Assembly (NCBI RefSeq): GCF_036365525.1
Contig: NC_090378.1
Span: 119,955,593-120,019,592, forward strand
Direction: 5' to 3'
Length of the DNA stretch: 64,000 bases
Source: Heterodontus francisci
Taxonomy: Eukaryota
Position numbers and translations under genes: made by a program. The notes beneath the pieces are model-generated. The model was not told the DNA's origin and ran no database searches. It worked only from the letters and a program-made list of their open reading frames with translations. Positions 37,815 through 53,400 of the stretch are shown piece by piece. Numbering within the stretch: the stretch's first letter is position 1; every line of letters begins with the position of its first letter.

Positions 37815-38197
37815 ATGTTTTGCAGTCAGCCTGCTCTTCTTAACGGCAGGCTGTCCCTTTTAAAGGAAATCTGAACTGAATAATATTAATGCAATTGAAA
37901 TGGTTTCAAACTGAATGCTGGCATGATGGATGTGATGCTGGAGGCATCAGCGGTGAAGGTGGTTAGGAAGAAAGACATTATGGATCCTCGGAGTGGGGGG
38001 AGGGTGGGGTGCGTGCGGGGTGGTCAGGAGGCATTGGTGGGAGTGTGAGGATGAGGTGGAGAATCTGACTGTCAGGAGTGAGTCCTGAGTGCCAGGGATT
38101 GTTACTGGGTGAGTGATGGGGGTGTGGTACAATGAGCAGCAGGAGAGGTTGGTGCTGTGCTTGGTGGGAGATGTCCTGTGAAGATACATTCACTGAC

Positions 38198-38430
38198 CTT
38201 GACCACCCCTGAGAGGTCACTGAACTTCCCGCGACATTACTGTCAGGTCCTCAGGTCCAACTCCAGGAATTGACCTCCCTGGTCACCGCGCCCATTCTCT
38301 TCTCAGCGTTTTGCTTTGAGGGTCTCCTGGCACCTTGTGCAAACATTGATTTTCTCCTCCTTTGTAACTATTCTTTTCATGTCTCCAGTGTCACATTGGG
38401 AACCCTGGGAGCCCTCTCTCTGCTCTCCAG
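38198..38430 (-). pseudogene. Decayed Myb/SANT-like DNA-binding ORF of a PIF/Harbinger-type transposon
   Basis: Minus-strand translation with stops and frameshifts gives ESRERAPRVPNVTLET*KE*LQRRRKSMFAQGARRPSKQ/TLRREW/AVTREVNS/RT*Q*CRGKFSDLSGVVK, then a GTCAGT donor. This fits the trihelix pattern RAPRF...LE...W..V...VN....RT..QCRKKFNDL. A shorter related fragment lies on the + strand at about 37929-38000 (DVMLEASAVKVVRKKDIMDP). Confidence 0.6.
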
Positions 38431-41400
38431 TCTGTGTACTCAGGTACATCACACTTCACAATCCAGTCTGTGTACTCAGATACATCACACTTCACAATCC
38501 AGTCTGTGTAAGCAGGTATATCACACTTCACAATCCAGTCTGTGTACTCAGGTACATCACACTTCACAATCCAGTCTGTGTACTCAGATACATCACACTT
38601 CACAATCCAGTCTGTGTACTCAGATACATCACACTTCACAATCCAGTCTGTGTACTCAGATACATCACACTTCACAATCCAGTCTGTGTACTCAGATACA
38701 TCACACTTCACAATCCAGTCTGTGTAAGCAGGTATATCACACTTCACAATCCAGTCAGTGTACTCAGGTACATCACACTTCACAATCCAGTCTGTGTACT
38801 CAGGTACATCACACTTCACAATCCAGTCTGTGTACTCAGATACATCACACTTCACAATCCAGTCTGTGTAAGCAGGTATATCACACTTCACAATCCAGTC
38901 AGTGTACTCAGGTATATCACACTTGACAATACGGACTGTGTACTCAGAGACATCACCGTTCACAATCCAATCTGTGTACTCAGGTATATCACACTTCACA
39001 ATCCAGTCTGTGTACTCAGGTACATCACACTTCACAATCCAGTCTGTGTACTCAGGTACATCACACTTCACAATCCAGTCTGTGTACTCAGGTACATCAC
39101 ACTTCACAATCCAGTCTGTGTACTCAGATAAATCACACTTCACAATCCAGTCTGTGTACTCGGGTACATCACACTTCACAATCCAGTCTGTGTACTCAGA
39201 TACATCACACTTCACAATCCAGTCTGTGTATTCTGATACATCTCACTTCACAATCCAGTTTGTGTACTCAGGGACATCAGACTTCACAATCCAGTCTGTT
39301 TACTCAGGGACATCACACTTCACAATCCAGTCTGTGTACTCAGGTACATCACTCTTCACAATCCAGTCTGTGTACTCAGATACATCACACTTCACAAACC
39401 AGTCTGTGTACTCAGATACATCACACTTCACAATCCAGTCTGTGTACTCAGATACATCACACTTCACAATCAAGTCTGTGTACTCAGATACATCACACTT
39501 CACAATCCAGTCTGTGTACTCAGAAACCTCACACTGCACAATCCAGTCTGTGTACTCGGGTACATCACACTTCACAATCCAGACTGTGTACTCGGGTACA
39601 TCACACTTCGCAATTCAGTCCGTGTACACAGGTACATCACACTTCACAATCCAGTCTGTGTACTCAGGTACATCACACTTCACAATCCAGTCTGTGTACT
39701 CAGGTACATCACATTTCACAATCCGTTCTGTGTACTCAGGTACATCACAATTCACAGTCCAGTCTGTGTACTCAGGTGCATCACACTTCACAATCCATTC
39801 TGTGTACTCAGGCACATCACTCTTTACAATCCGGTCTGTGTACTCAGGTACATCACACTTCACAATCCAGTCTGTGTACTCAGGTACATCACACTTCACA
39901 ATCCAGTCTGTGTACTCAGAACATCACACTTCATAATCCAGTCTGTGTATTCAGGAACATCACACTTTTCAATCCAGTCTATGTACTCAGGTACATCACA
40001 CTTCACAATCCTGTCTGTGTACTCAGGTACATCACACTTCACAATCCAGTCTGTGTACTCAGGTACATCACACTTCACAATCCAGTCTGTGTACTCAGGT
40101 ACATAACACTTCACAAACCTGACTGTGTACTCATGTACATCACACTTCACAATCCGGTCTGTGTACTCAGGTATATAAAACTTCACAAACCTGACTGTGT
40201 ACTCATGTACATCACACTTCACAATCCGGTCTGTGTACTCAGGTACATCACACTTCACAATCCAGTCTGTGTACTCAGGTATATAACACTTCAGAAACCT
40301 GACTGTGTACTCATGTACATCACACTTCACAATCCGGTCTGTGTACTCAGGTACATCACACTTCACAATCCAGTCTGTGTACTCAGGTACATCACACTTC
40401 ACAATCCAGTCTGTGTACTCAGGGACATCACACTTCACAATCCGGTCTGTGTACTCAAGTACATCACACTTCATAATCCAGTCTGTGTACTCAGGTACAT
40501 CACACTTCACAATCCAGTCTGTGTACTCAGGTACATCACACTTCACAATCCAGTCTGTGTACTCAGGTACATCACAATTCACAATCCATTCTGTGTACTC
40601 AGGTACATCACACTTCACAATGCAATCTGTGTACTCAGGTATATCACACTTCACAATCCAGACTGTGTACTCAGGTACATCACACTTCGCAATCCAGTCC
40701 GTGTACACAGGTACATCACACTTCACAATCCAGTCTGTGTACTCAGGTACATCACACTTCACAATCCTGTCTGTGCACTCAGGAACATCACACTTCACAA
40801 TCCAGTCTGTGTACACAGGTACATCACACTTCACAATCCAGTCTGTGTACTCAGGTACATCACACTTCACAATCCGTTCTGTGTACTCAGATAAATCACT
40901 CTTCACAATCCGGTCTGTGTACTCAGGTACATCACTCTTCACAATCCGGTCTGTGTACTCAGGTACATCACACTTCACAATCCGGTCTGTGTACTCAGGT
41001 ACATCACACTTCACAATCCAGTCTGTGTACTCAGGAACATCACAATCCACAATCCTGTCTGTGTACTCAGGTACATCACACTTCACAATCCGTTCTGAGT
41101 ACTCAGGTATATCAAACTTCACAATCCGATGTGTGCACTCAGGTACATCACACTTCACAATCCAGTCTGTGTACTAAGGTACATCACACTTCACAATCCA
41201 GTCTGTATACTCAGATACATCACCCTTCAGCTTCCAATCTGTGTCCTCAGGTACATCACACTACACAATCCAGTTTGTGTACTCAGGTACATCACACTTC
41301 ACAACCCAGTCTGTGTACTCAGTTATATAACACTTCACAAACCTGACTGTGTACTCATGTACATCACACTTCACAATCCGGTCTGTGTACTCAGGTACAT

Positions 41401-44400
41401 CACACTTCACAATCCAGTCTGTGTACACAGGTACATCACACTTCACAATCCAGTCTGTGTAATGAGGAACATCACACTTCACAATCCAGTCTGTGTACAC
41501 AGATACATCACCCTTCACAATCCAATCTGTGTAGTCAGGTACATCACACTTCGCAATCCAGTCCGTGTACTCAGGTACATCACACTTCACAATCCAGACT
41601 GTGTACTCAGGTACATCACACTTCACAATCCATTTTGTGTACTCAGGTACATCACACTTCGCAATCCAGTCCGTGTACTCAGGTACATCACACTTCACAA
41701 TCCGGTCTGTGTACTCAGGTACATCACACTTCACAATCCAGACTGTGTACTCAGGTACATCACACTTCACAATCCATTCTGTGTACTCAGGTACATCACA
41801 CTTCGCAATCCAGTCCGTGTACTCAGGTACATCACACTTCACAATCCGGTCTGTGTACTCAGGTACATCACACTTCACAATCCAGTCTGTGTACTCAGGT
41901 ACATCACACTTCGCAATCCAGTCCGTGTTCTCAGATACATCACACTTCACAATCCAGTCTGTGTACTCAGGTACATCACACTTCACAATCCAGTCTGTGT
42001 ACTCAGATACATCACACTTCACAATCCAGTCTGTGTACTCAGATACCTCACACTGCACAATCCAGTCTGTGTACTCGGGTACATCACACTTCACAATCCA
42101 GTCTGTGTACTCAGATACATCACACTTCACAATCCAGTCTGTGTACTCAGGAACATCACAATCCACAATCCTGTCTGTGTACTCAGGTACATCACACTTC
42201 ACAATCCGGTCTGAGTACTCAGGTATATCAAACATCACAATCCGGTGTGTGCACTCAGGTACATCACACTTCACAATCCAGTCTGTGTACTCAGGTACAT
42301 CACACTTCACAATCCAGTCTGTGTACTCAGATACATCACCCTTCACAATCCAATCTGTGTACTCAGGTACATCACACTACACAATCAGTTTGTGTACTCA
42401 GGTGCATCACACTTCACAACCCAGTCGGTGTACTCAGGTATATAACACTTCACAATCCAGTCTGTGTACTCAGGTACATCACTCTTCACAATCCAGTCTG
42501 TGTACTCAGGTACATCACACTTCACAATCCAGTCTGTGTACTCAGGTACATCACACTTCACAATCCAGTCTGTGTACTCAGATACATCACACTTCACAAT
42601 CCAGTCTGTGTCCCCAGATAGATCACACTTCACAATCCAGTCTGTGTACTCAGATACCTCACACTGCACAATCCAGTCTGTGTACTCGGGTACATCACAC
42701 TTCACAATCCAGTATGTGTACTCAGATACATCTCACTTCACAATCCAGTTTGTGTCCTCAGGGACATCAGACTTCACAATCCAGCCTGTGTATACAGGTA
42801 CATCACACTTCACAATCCAGTCTGTGTACTCAGGTACATCTCACTTCACAATCCAGTCTGTGTACTCAGGTACATCACACTTCACAATCCAGTCTGTGTA
42901 CTCAGGGACATCACACTTCACAATCCGGTCTGTGTACTCAGGTACATCACACTTCAGAATCCAGTCTGCGTACTCAGGTACATCACACTTCACAATCCAG
43001 TCTGTGTACTCAGGTACATCATACTTCACAATGCAATCTGTGTACTCAGGTATATAACACTTCACAATCCAGACTGTGTACTCGGGTACATCACTCTTCG
43101 CAATCCAGTCCGTGTACACAGGTACATCACACTTCACAATCCAGTCTGCGTACTCAGGTACATCACACTTCACAATCCAGTCTGTGTACTCAGGTACATC
43201 ACACTTCACAATGCAATCTGTGTACTCAGGTATATAACACTTCACAATCCAGACTGTGTACTCGGGTACATCACACTTCGCAATCCAGTCCGTGTACACA
43301 GGTACATCACACTTCACAATCCAGTCTGTGTACTCAGGTACATCACACTTCACAATCCAGTCTGTGTACTCAGAAACATCACACTTCACAATCCAGTCTG
43401 TGTACTCAGGTACATCACACTTCACAATCCGTTCTGTGTACTCAGGTACATCACAATTCACAGTCCAGTCTGTGTACTCAGGTGCATCACACTTCACAAT
43501 CCATTCTGTGTACTCAGGTACATCACTCTTTACAATCCGGTCTGTGTACTCAGGTACATCACACTTCACAATCCAGTCTGTGTACTCAGGTACATCACAC
43601 TTCACAATCCAGTCTGTGTACTCAGAACATCACACTTCATAATCCAGTCTGTGTATTCAGGAACATCACACTTTTCAATCCAGTCTATGTACTCAGGTAC
43701 ATCACACTTCGCAATCCAGTCTGTGTACTCAGGTACATCACACTTCACAATCCAGTCTGTGTACTCAGGTACATCACACTTCACAATCCAGTCTGTGTAC
43801 TCAGGTATATAACACTTCACAAACCTGACTGTGTACTCATGTACATTACACTGCACAATCCGGTCTGTGTACTCAGGTATATAACACTTCACAAACCTGA
43901 CTGTGTACTCATGTACATCACACTTCACAATCCGGTCTGTGTACTCAGGTACATCACACTTCACAATCCAGTCTGTGTACTCAGGTATATAACACTTCAG
44001 AAACCTGACTGTGTACTCATGTACATCACACTTCACAATCCGGTCTGTGTACTCAGGTACATCACACTTCACAATCCAGTCTGTGTACTCAGGAACATCA
44101 CACTTCACAATCCAGTCTGTGTAATCAGGAACATCACACTTCACAATCCAGTCTGTGTACTCGTGTACATCACACTTCACAATCCGGTCTGTGTACTCAG
44201 GTACATCACAGTACACAATCCAGACTGTGTACTCAGGTACATCACACTTCACAATCCATTCTGTGTACTCAGGTACATCACACTTCGCAATCCAGTCTGT
44301 GTACTCAGGTACATCACACTTCACAATCCAGACTGTGTACTCAGGTACATCACACTTCACAATCCATTCTGTGTACTCAGGTACATCACACTTCGCAATC

Positions 44401-47400
44401 CAGTCTGTGTACTCAGATACATCACACTTCACAATCCGGTCTGTGTACTCAGGTACATCACACTTCACAATCCAGACTGTGTACTCAGGTACATCACACT
44501 TCACAATCCGGTCTGTGTACTCAGGTACATCACACTTCACAATCCAGACTGTGTACTCAGGTACATCACACTTCACAATCCATTCTGTGTAATCAGGAAC
44601 ATCACACTTCACAATCCAATCTGTGTACTCGTGTACATCACACTTCACAATCCGGTCTGTGTACTCAGGTACATCACACTTCACAATCCAGACTGTGTAC
44701 TCAGGTACATCACACTTCACAATCCATTCTGTGTACTCAGGTACATCACACTTCGCAATCCAGTTCGTGTACTCAGGCACATCACACGTCACAATCCGGT
44801 CTGTGTACTCAGGTACATCACACTTCACAGTCCAGTCTGTGTACTCAGGTACATCACACTTCACAATCCAGTCCGTGTTCTCAGGTACATCACACTTCAC
44901 AATCCAGTCTGTGTATTCAGGTACATCACACTTCACAATCCATTCTGTGTACTCAGGTACATCACACTTCACAATCCAGTCCGTGTTCTCAGGTACATCA
45001 CACTTCGCAATCCAGTCCGTGTATTCAGGTACATCACACTTCACAATCCATTCAGTGTACTCAGGTACATCACACTTCACAATCCAGTCTGTGTACTCAG
45101 GTACATCACACTTCACAATCCATTCTGTGTACTCAGGTACATCACACTTCGCAATCCAGTTCGTGTACTCAGGCACATCACACGTCACAATCCCGTCTGT
45201 GTGCTCAGGTACATCACACTTCACAATCCAGTCTGTGTGCTCAGGTACATCACACTTCACAATCCAGTCTCTGTACTCAGGTACATCACAGTTCACAATC
45301 CACTCTGTGTACTCAGGTACATCACACTTCACAATCCAGTCCGTGTTCTCAGGTACATCACACTTCACAATCCAGTCTGTGTACTCAGGTATATCACACT
45401 TCACAATCCAGTCTGTGTACTCAGGAACATCACACTTCACAATCCGGTCTGTGTACTCAGGTACATCACACTTCACAATCCATTCTGTGTACTCAGGTAC
45501 ATCACACTTCACAATCCAGTCCGTGTACTCAGGTACCTCACACTTCACAATCCAGTCTGTGTACTCAGGTACATGACACTTCACAATCCAGTCTGTGTAC
45601 TCAGGTCCATGACACTTCACAATCCAGTCTCTGTACTCAGGTACATCACACTTCACAATCCATTCTGTGTACTCAGGTACATCACACTTCACAACCCAGT
45701 CCGTGTTCTCAGGTATATCACACTTCACAATCCACTCTGTGTACTCAGGTACATCACACTTCACAATCCAGTCCGTGTACTCAGGTACATCACACTTCAC
45801 AATCCAGTCTGTGTACTCAGGGACATCACACTTCACCATCCGGTCTGTGTACTCAGGTACATCACACTTCAGAATCCAGTCTGTGTACTCAGGTACATCA
45901 CACTTCACAATCCAGTCTGTGTCCTCAGGTACATCACACTTCACAATCCAGTCTGTGTACTCAGGAACATCACACTTCACAATCCAGTCAGTGTACACAG
46001 GTACATCGCACTTGACAATCCACTCTGTGTACTCAGGTACATCACACTTCACAATCCGTTCTGTGTACTCAGGTACATCACAATTCACAGTCCAGTCTGT
46101 GTATTCAGATGCGTCACACTTCACAATCCATTCTGTGTACTCAGGTACATCACTCTTCACAATCCGGTCTGTGTACTCAGGTACATCACACTTCACAATC
46201 CGGTCTGTGTACTCAGGTACATCACACTTCACAATCCAGTCTGTGTACTCAGGAACATCACAATTCACAATCCTGTCTGTGTACTCAGGTACATCACACT
46301 TCACAATCCGGTCTGAGTACTCAGGTATATCAAACTTCACAATCCGGTCCGTGTACTCAGAACATCACAATTCACAATCCAGTCTGTGCACTCAGGTACA
46401 TCACACTTCACAATCCGGTCTGAGTACTCAGGTATATCAAACTTCACAATCCGGTCCGTGTACTCAGAACATCACAATTCACAATCCAGTCTGTGCACTC
46501 AGGTATATCAAACTTCACAATCCGGTCTGTGTACTCAGAACATCACAATTCACAATCCAGTCTGTGTACTCAGATACATCACCCTTCACAATCCAATCTG
46601 TGTACTCAGGTACATCACACTTCACAATCCAGTCTATGTACTCAGGTACATCACACTTCACAATCCAGTCTGTGTACTCAGGAACATGGCACTTCACAAT
46701 CCAGTCTGTGTACTCAGGTACATCACACTTCACAATCCAGTCTGTGTACTCAGGTATATAACACTTCACAAACCTGACTGTGTACACATGTACATCACAC
46801 TTCACAATCCGGTCTGTGTACTCAGGTACATCACACTTCACAATCCAGTCTGTGTACACAGGTACATCACACTTCACAATCCAGTCTGTGTAATCAGGAA
46901 CATCACACTTCACAATCCAGTCTGTGTACACAGATACATCACCCTTCACAATCCAATCTGTGTACTCGTGTACATCACACTTCACAATCCGGTCTGTGTA
47001 CTCAGGTACATCACACTTCACAGTCCAGTCTGTGTACTCAGGTACATCACACTTCACAATCCAGTCCGTGTTCTCAGGTACATCACACTTCGCAATCCAT
47101 TCTGTGTACTCAGGTACATCACACTTCACAACCCAGTCCGTGTTCTCAGGTATATCACACTTCACAATCCAGTCCGTGTTCTCAGGTACATCACACTTCG
47201 CAATCCAGTCTGTGTACTCAGGTATATCACACTTCACAATCCCGTCTGTGTGCTCAGGTACATCACACTTCACAATCCAGTCTGTGTACTCAGGTACATC
47301 ACACTTCACAATCCAGTCTCTGTACTCAGGTACATCACAGTTAACAATCCACTCTGTGTACTCAGGTACATCACACTTCACAATCCAGTCCGTGTTCTCA

Positions 47401-50400
47401 GGTACATCACACTTCACAATCCAGTCTGTGTACTCAGGTATATCACACTTCACAATCCAGTCTGTGTACTCAGGAACATCACACTTCACAATCCGGTCTG
47501 TGTACTCAGGTACATCACACTTCACAATCCATTCTGTGTGCTCAGGTACATCACACTTCACAATCCAGTCCGTGTACTCAGGTACATCACACTTCACAAT
47601 CCAGTCTGTGTACTCAGGTACATGACACTTCACAATCCAGTCTGTGTGCTCAGGTCCATGACACTTCACAATCCAGTCTCTGTACTCAGGTACATCACAC
47701 TTCACAATCCATTCTGTGTACTCAGGTACATCACACTTCACAACCCAGTCCGTGTTCTCAGGTATATCACACTTCACAATCCACTCTGTGTACTCAGGTA
47801 CATCACACTTCACAATCCAGTCCGTGTACTCAGGTACATCACACTTCACAATCCAGTCTGTGTACTCAGGGACATCACACTTCACCATCCGGTCTGTGTA
47901 CTCAGGTACATCACACTTCAGAATCCAGTCTGTGTACTCAGGTACATCACACTTCACAATCCAGTCTGTGTACTCAGGTACATCACACTTCACAATCCAG
48001 TCTGTGTACTCAGGAACATCACACTTCACAATCCAGTCAGTGTACACAGGTACATCGCACTTGACAATCCACTCTGTGTACTCAGGTACATCACACTTCA
48101 CAATCCGTTCTGTGTACTCAGGTACATCACAATTCACAGTCCAGTCTGTGTATTCAGATGCGTCACACTTCACAATCCATTCTGTGTACTCAGGTACATC
48201 ACTCTTCACAATCCGGTCTGTGTACTCAGGTACATCACACTTCACAATCCGGTCTGTGTACTCAGGTACATCACACTTCACAATCCAGTCTGTGTACTCA
48301 GGAACATCACAATTCACAATCCTGTCTGTGTACTCAGGTACATCACACTTCACAATCCGGTCTGAGTACTCAGGTACATCACACTTCACAATCCAGTCTG
48401 TGTACTCAGGTACATCACACTTCACAATCCAGTCTGTGTACTCAGGTATATAACACTTCACAAACCTGACTGTGTACTCATGTACATTACACTGCACAAT
48501 CCGGTCTGTGTACTCAGGTATATAACACTTCACAAACCTGACTGTGTACTCATGTACATCACACTTCACAATCCGGTCTGTGTACTCAGGTACATCACAC
48601 TTCACAATCCAGTCTGTGTACTCAGGTATATAACACTTCAGAAACCTGACTGTGTACTCATGTACATCACACTTCACAATCCGGTCTGTGTACTCAGGTA
48701 CATCACACTTCACAATCCAGTCTGTGTACTCAGGAACATCACACTTCACAATCCAGTCTGTGTAATCAGGAACATCACACTTCACAATCCAGTCTGTGTA
48801 CTCGTGTACATCACACTTCACAATCCGGTCTGTGTACTCAGGTACATCACAGTACACAATCCAGACTGTGTACTCAGGTACATCACACTTCACAATCCAT
48901 TCTGTGTACTCAGGTACATCACACTTCGCAATCCAGTCTGTGTACTCAGGTACATCACACTTCACAATCCAGACTGTGTACTCAGGTACATCACACTTCA
49001 CAATCCATTCTGTGTACTCAGGTACATCACACTTCGCAATCCAGTCTGTGTACTCAGATACATCACACTTCACAATCCGGTCTGTGTACTCAGGTACATC
49101 ACACTTCACAATCCAGACTGTGTACTCAGGTACATCACACTTCACAATCCGGTCTGTGTACTCAGGTACATCACACTTCACAATCCAGACTGTGTACTCA
49201 GGTACATCACACTTCACAATCCATTCTGTGTAATCAGGAACATCACACTTCACAATCCAATCTGTGTACTCGTGTACATCACACTTCACAATCCGGTCTG
49301 TGTACTCAGGTACATCACACTTCACAATCCAGACTGTGTACTCAGGTACATCACACTTCACAATCCATTCTGTGTACTCAGGTACATCACACTTCGCAAT
49401 CCAGTTCGTGTACTCAGGCACATCACACGTCACAATCCGGTCTGTGTACTCAGGTACATCACACTTCACAGTCCAGTCTGTGTACTCAGGTACATCACAC
49501 TTCACAATCCAGTCCGTGTTCTCAGGTACATCACACTTCACAATCCAGTCTGTGTATTCAGGTACATCACACTTCACAATCCATTCTGTGTACTCAGGTA
49601 CATCACACTTCACAATCCAGTCCGTGTTCTCAGGTACATCACACTTCGCAATCCAGTCCGTGTATTCAGGTACATCACACTTCACAATCCATTCAGTGTA
49701 CTCAGGTACATCACACTTCACAATCCAGTCTGTGTACTCAGGTACATCACACTTCACAATCCATTCTGTGTACTCAGGTACATCACACTTCGCAATCCAG
49801 TTCGTGTACTCAGGCACATCACACGTCACAATCCCGTCTGTGTGCTCAGGTACATCACACTTCACAATCCAGTCTGTGTACTCAGGTACATCACACTTCA
49901 CAATCCAGTCTCTGTACTCAGGTACATCACAGTTCACAATCCACTCTGTGTACTGAGGTACATCACACTTCACAATCCAGTCCGTGTTCTCAGGTACATC
50001 ACACTTCACAATCCAGTCTGTGTACTCAGGTATATCACACTTCACAATCCAGTCTGTGTACTCAGGAACATCACACTTCACAATCCGGTCTGTGTACTCA
50101 GGTACATCACACTTCACAATCCATTCTGTGTACTCAGGTACATCACACTTCACAATCCAGTCCGTGTACTCAGGTACCTCACACTTCACAATCCAGTCTG
50201 TGTACTCAGGTACATGACACTTCACAATCCAGTCTGTGTACTCAGGTCCATGACACTTCACAATCCAGTCTCTGTACTCAGGTACATCACACTTCACAAT
50301 CCATTCTGTGTACTCAGGTACATCACACTTCACAACCCAGTCCGTGTTCTCAGGTATATCACACTTCACAATCCACTCTGTGTACTCAGGTACATCACAC

Positions 50401-53400
50401 TTCACAATCCAGTCCGTGTACTCAGGTACATCACACTTCACAATCCAGTCTGTGTACTCAGGGACATCACACTTCACCATCCGGTCTGTGTACTCAGGTA
50501 CATCACACTTCAGAATCCAGTCTGTGTACTCAGGTACATCACACTTCACAATCCAGTCTGTGTCCTCAGGTACATCACACTTCACAATCCAGTCTGTGTA
50601 CTCAGGAACATCACACTTCACAATCCAGTCAGTGTACACAGGTACATCGCACTTGACAATCCACTCTGTGTACTCAGGTACATCACACTTCACAATCCGT
50701 TCTGTGTACTCAGGTACATCACAATTCACAGTCCAGTCTGTGTATTCAGATGCGTCACACTTCACAATCCATTCTGTGTACTCAGGTACATCACTCTTCA
50801 CAATCCGGTCTGTGTACTCAGGTACATCACACTTCACAATCCGGTCTGTGTACTCAGGTACATCACACTTCACAATCCAGTCTGTGTACTCAGGAACATC
50901 ACAATTCACAATCCTGTCTGTGTACTCAGGTACATCACACTTCACAATCCGGTCTGAGTACTCAGGTATATCAAACTTCACAATCCGGTCCGTGTACTCA
51001 GAACATCACAATTCACAATCCAGTCTGTGCACTCAGGTACATCACACTTCACAATCCGGTCTGAGTACTCAGGTATATCAAACTTCACAATCCGGTCCGT
51101 GTACTCAGAACATCACAATTCACAATCCAGTCTGTGCACTCAGGTATATCAAACTTCACAATCCGGTCTGTGTACTCAGAACATCACAATTCACAATCCA
51201 GTCTGTGTACTCAGATACATCACCCTTCACAATCCAATCTGTGTACTCAGGTACATCACACTTCACAATCCAGTCTATGTACTCAGGTACATCACACTTC
51301 ACAATCCAGTCTGTGTACTCAGGAACATGGCACTTCACAATCCAGTCTGTGTACTCAGGTACATCACACTTCACAATCCAGTCTGTGTACTCAGGTATAT
51401 AACACTTCACAAACCTGACTGTGTACACATGTACATCACACTTCACAATCCGGTCTGTGTACTCAGGTACATCACACTTCACAATCCAGTCTGTGTACAC
51501 AGGTACATCACACTTCACAATCCAGTCTGTGTAATCAGGAACATCACACTTCACAATCCAGTCTGTGTACACAGATACATCACCCTTCACAATCCAATCT
51601 GTGTACTCGTGTACATCACACTTCACAATCCGGTCTGTGTACTCAGGTACATCACACTTCACAGTCCAGTCTGTGTACTCAGGTACATCACACTTCACAA
51701 TCCAGTCCGTGTTCTCAGGTACATCACACTTCGCAATCCATTCTGTGTACTCAGGTACATCACACTTCACAACCCAGTCCGTGTTCTCAGGTATATCACA
51801 CTTCACAATCCAGTCCGTGTTCTCAGGTACATCACACTTCGCAATCCAGTCTGTGTACTCAGGTATATCACACTTCACAATCCCGTCTGTGTGCTCAGGT
51901 ACATCACACTTCACAATCCAGTCTGTGTACTCAGGTACATCACACTTCACAATCCAGTCTCTGTACTCAGGTACATCACAGTTAACAATCCACTCTGTGT
52001 ACTCAGGTACATCACACTTCACAATCCAGTCCGTGTTCTCAGGTACATCACACTTCACAATCCAGTCTGTGTACTCAGGTATATCACACTTCACAATCCA
52101 GTCTGTGTACTCAGGAACATCACACTTCACAATCCGGTCTGTGTACTCAGGTACATCACACTTCACAATCCATTCTGTGTGCTCAGGTACATCACACTTC
52201 ACAATCCAGTCCGTGTACTCAGGTACATCACACTTCACAATCCAGTCTGTGTACTCAGGTACATGACACTTCACAATCCAGTCTGTGTGCTCAGGTCCAT
52301 GACACTTCACAATCCAGTCTCTGTACTCAGGTACATCACACTTCACAATCCATTCTGTGTACTCAGGTACATCACACTTCACAACCCAGTCCGTGTTCTC
52401 AGGTATATCACACTTCACAATCCACTCTGTGTACTCAGGTACATCACACTTCACAATCCAGTCCGTGTACTCAGGTACATCACACTTCACAATCCAGTCT
52501 GTGTACTCAGGGACATCACACTTCACCATCCGGTCTGTGTACTCAGGTACATCACACTTCAGAATCCAGTCTGTGTACTCAGGTACATCACACTTCACAA
52601 TCCAGTCTGTGTACTCAGGTACATCACACTTCACAATCCAGTCTGTGTACTCAGGAACATCACACTTCACAATCCAGTCAGTGTACACAGGTACATCGCA
52701 CTTGACAATCCACTCTGTGTACTCAGGTACATCACACTTCACAATCCGTTCTGTGTACTCAGGTACATCACAATTCACAGTCCAGTCTGTGTATTCAGAT
52801 GCGTCACACTTCACAATCCATTCTGTGTACTCAGGTACATCACTCTTCACAATCCGGTCTGTGTACTCAGGTACATCACACTTCACAATCCGGTCTGTGT
52901 ACTCAGGTACATCACACTTCACAATCCAGTCTGTGTACTCAGGAACATCACAATTCACAATCCTGTCTGTGTACTCAGGTACATCACACTTCACAATCCG
53001 GTCTGAGTACTCAGGTATATCAAACTTCACAATCCGGTCCGTGTACTCAGAACATCACAATTCACAATCCAGTCTGTGCACTCAGGTACATCACACTTCA
53101 CAATCCGGTCTGAGTACTCAGGTATATCAAACTTCACAATCCGGTCCGTGTACTCAGAACATCACAATTCACAATCCAGTCTGTGCACTCAGGTATATCA
53201 AACTTCACAATCCGGTCTGTGTACTCAGAACATCACAATTCACAATCCAGTCTGTGTACTCAGATACATCACCCTTCACAATCCAATCTGTGTACTCAGG
53301 TACATCACACTTCACAATCCAGTCTATGTACTCAGGTACATCACACTTCACAATCCAGTCTGTGTACTCAGGAACATGGCACTTCACAATCCAGTCTGTG

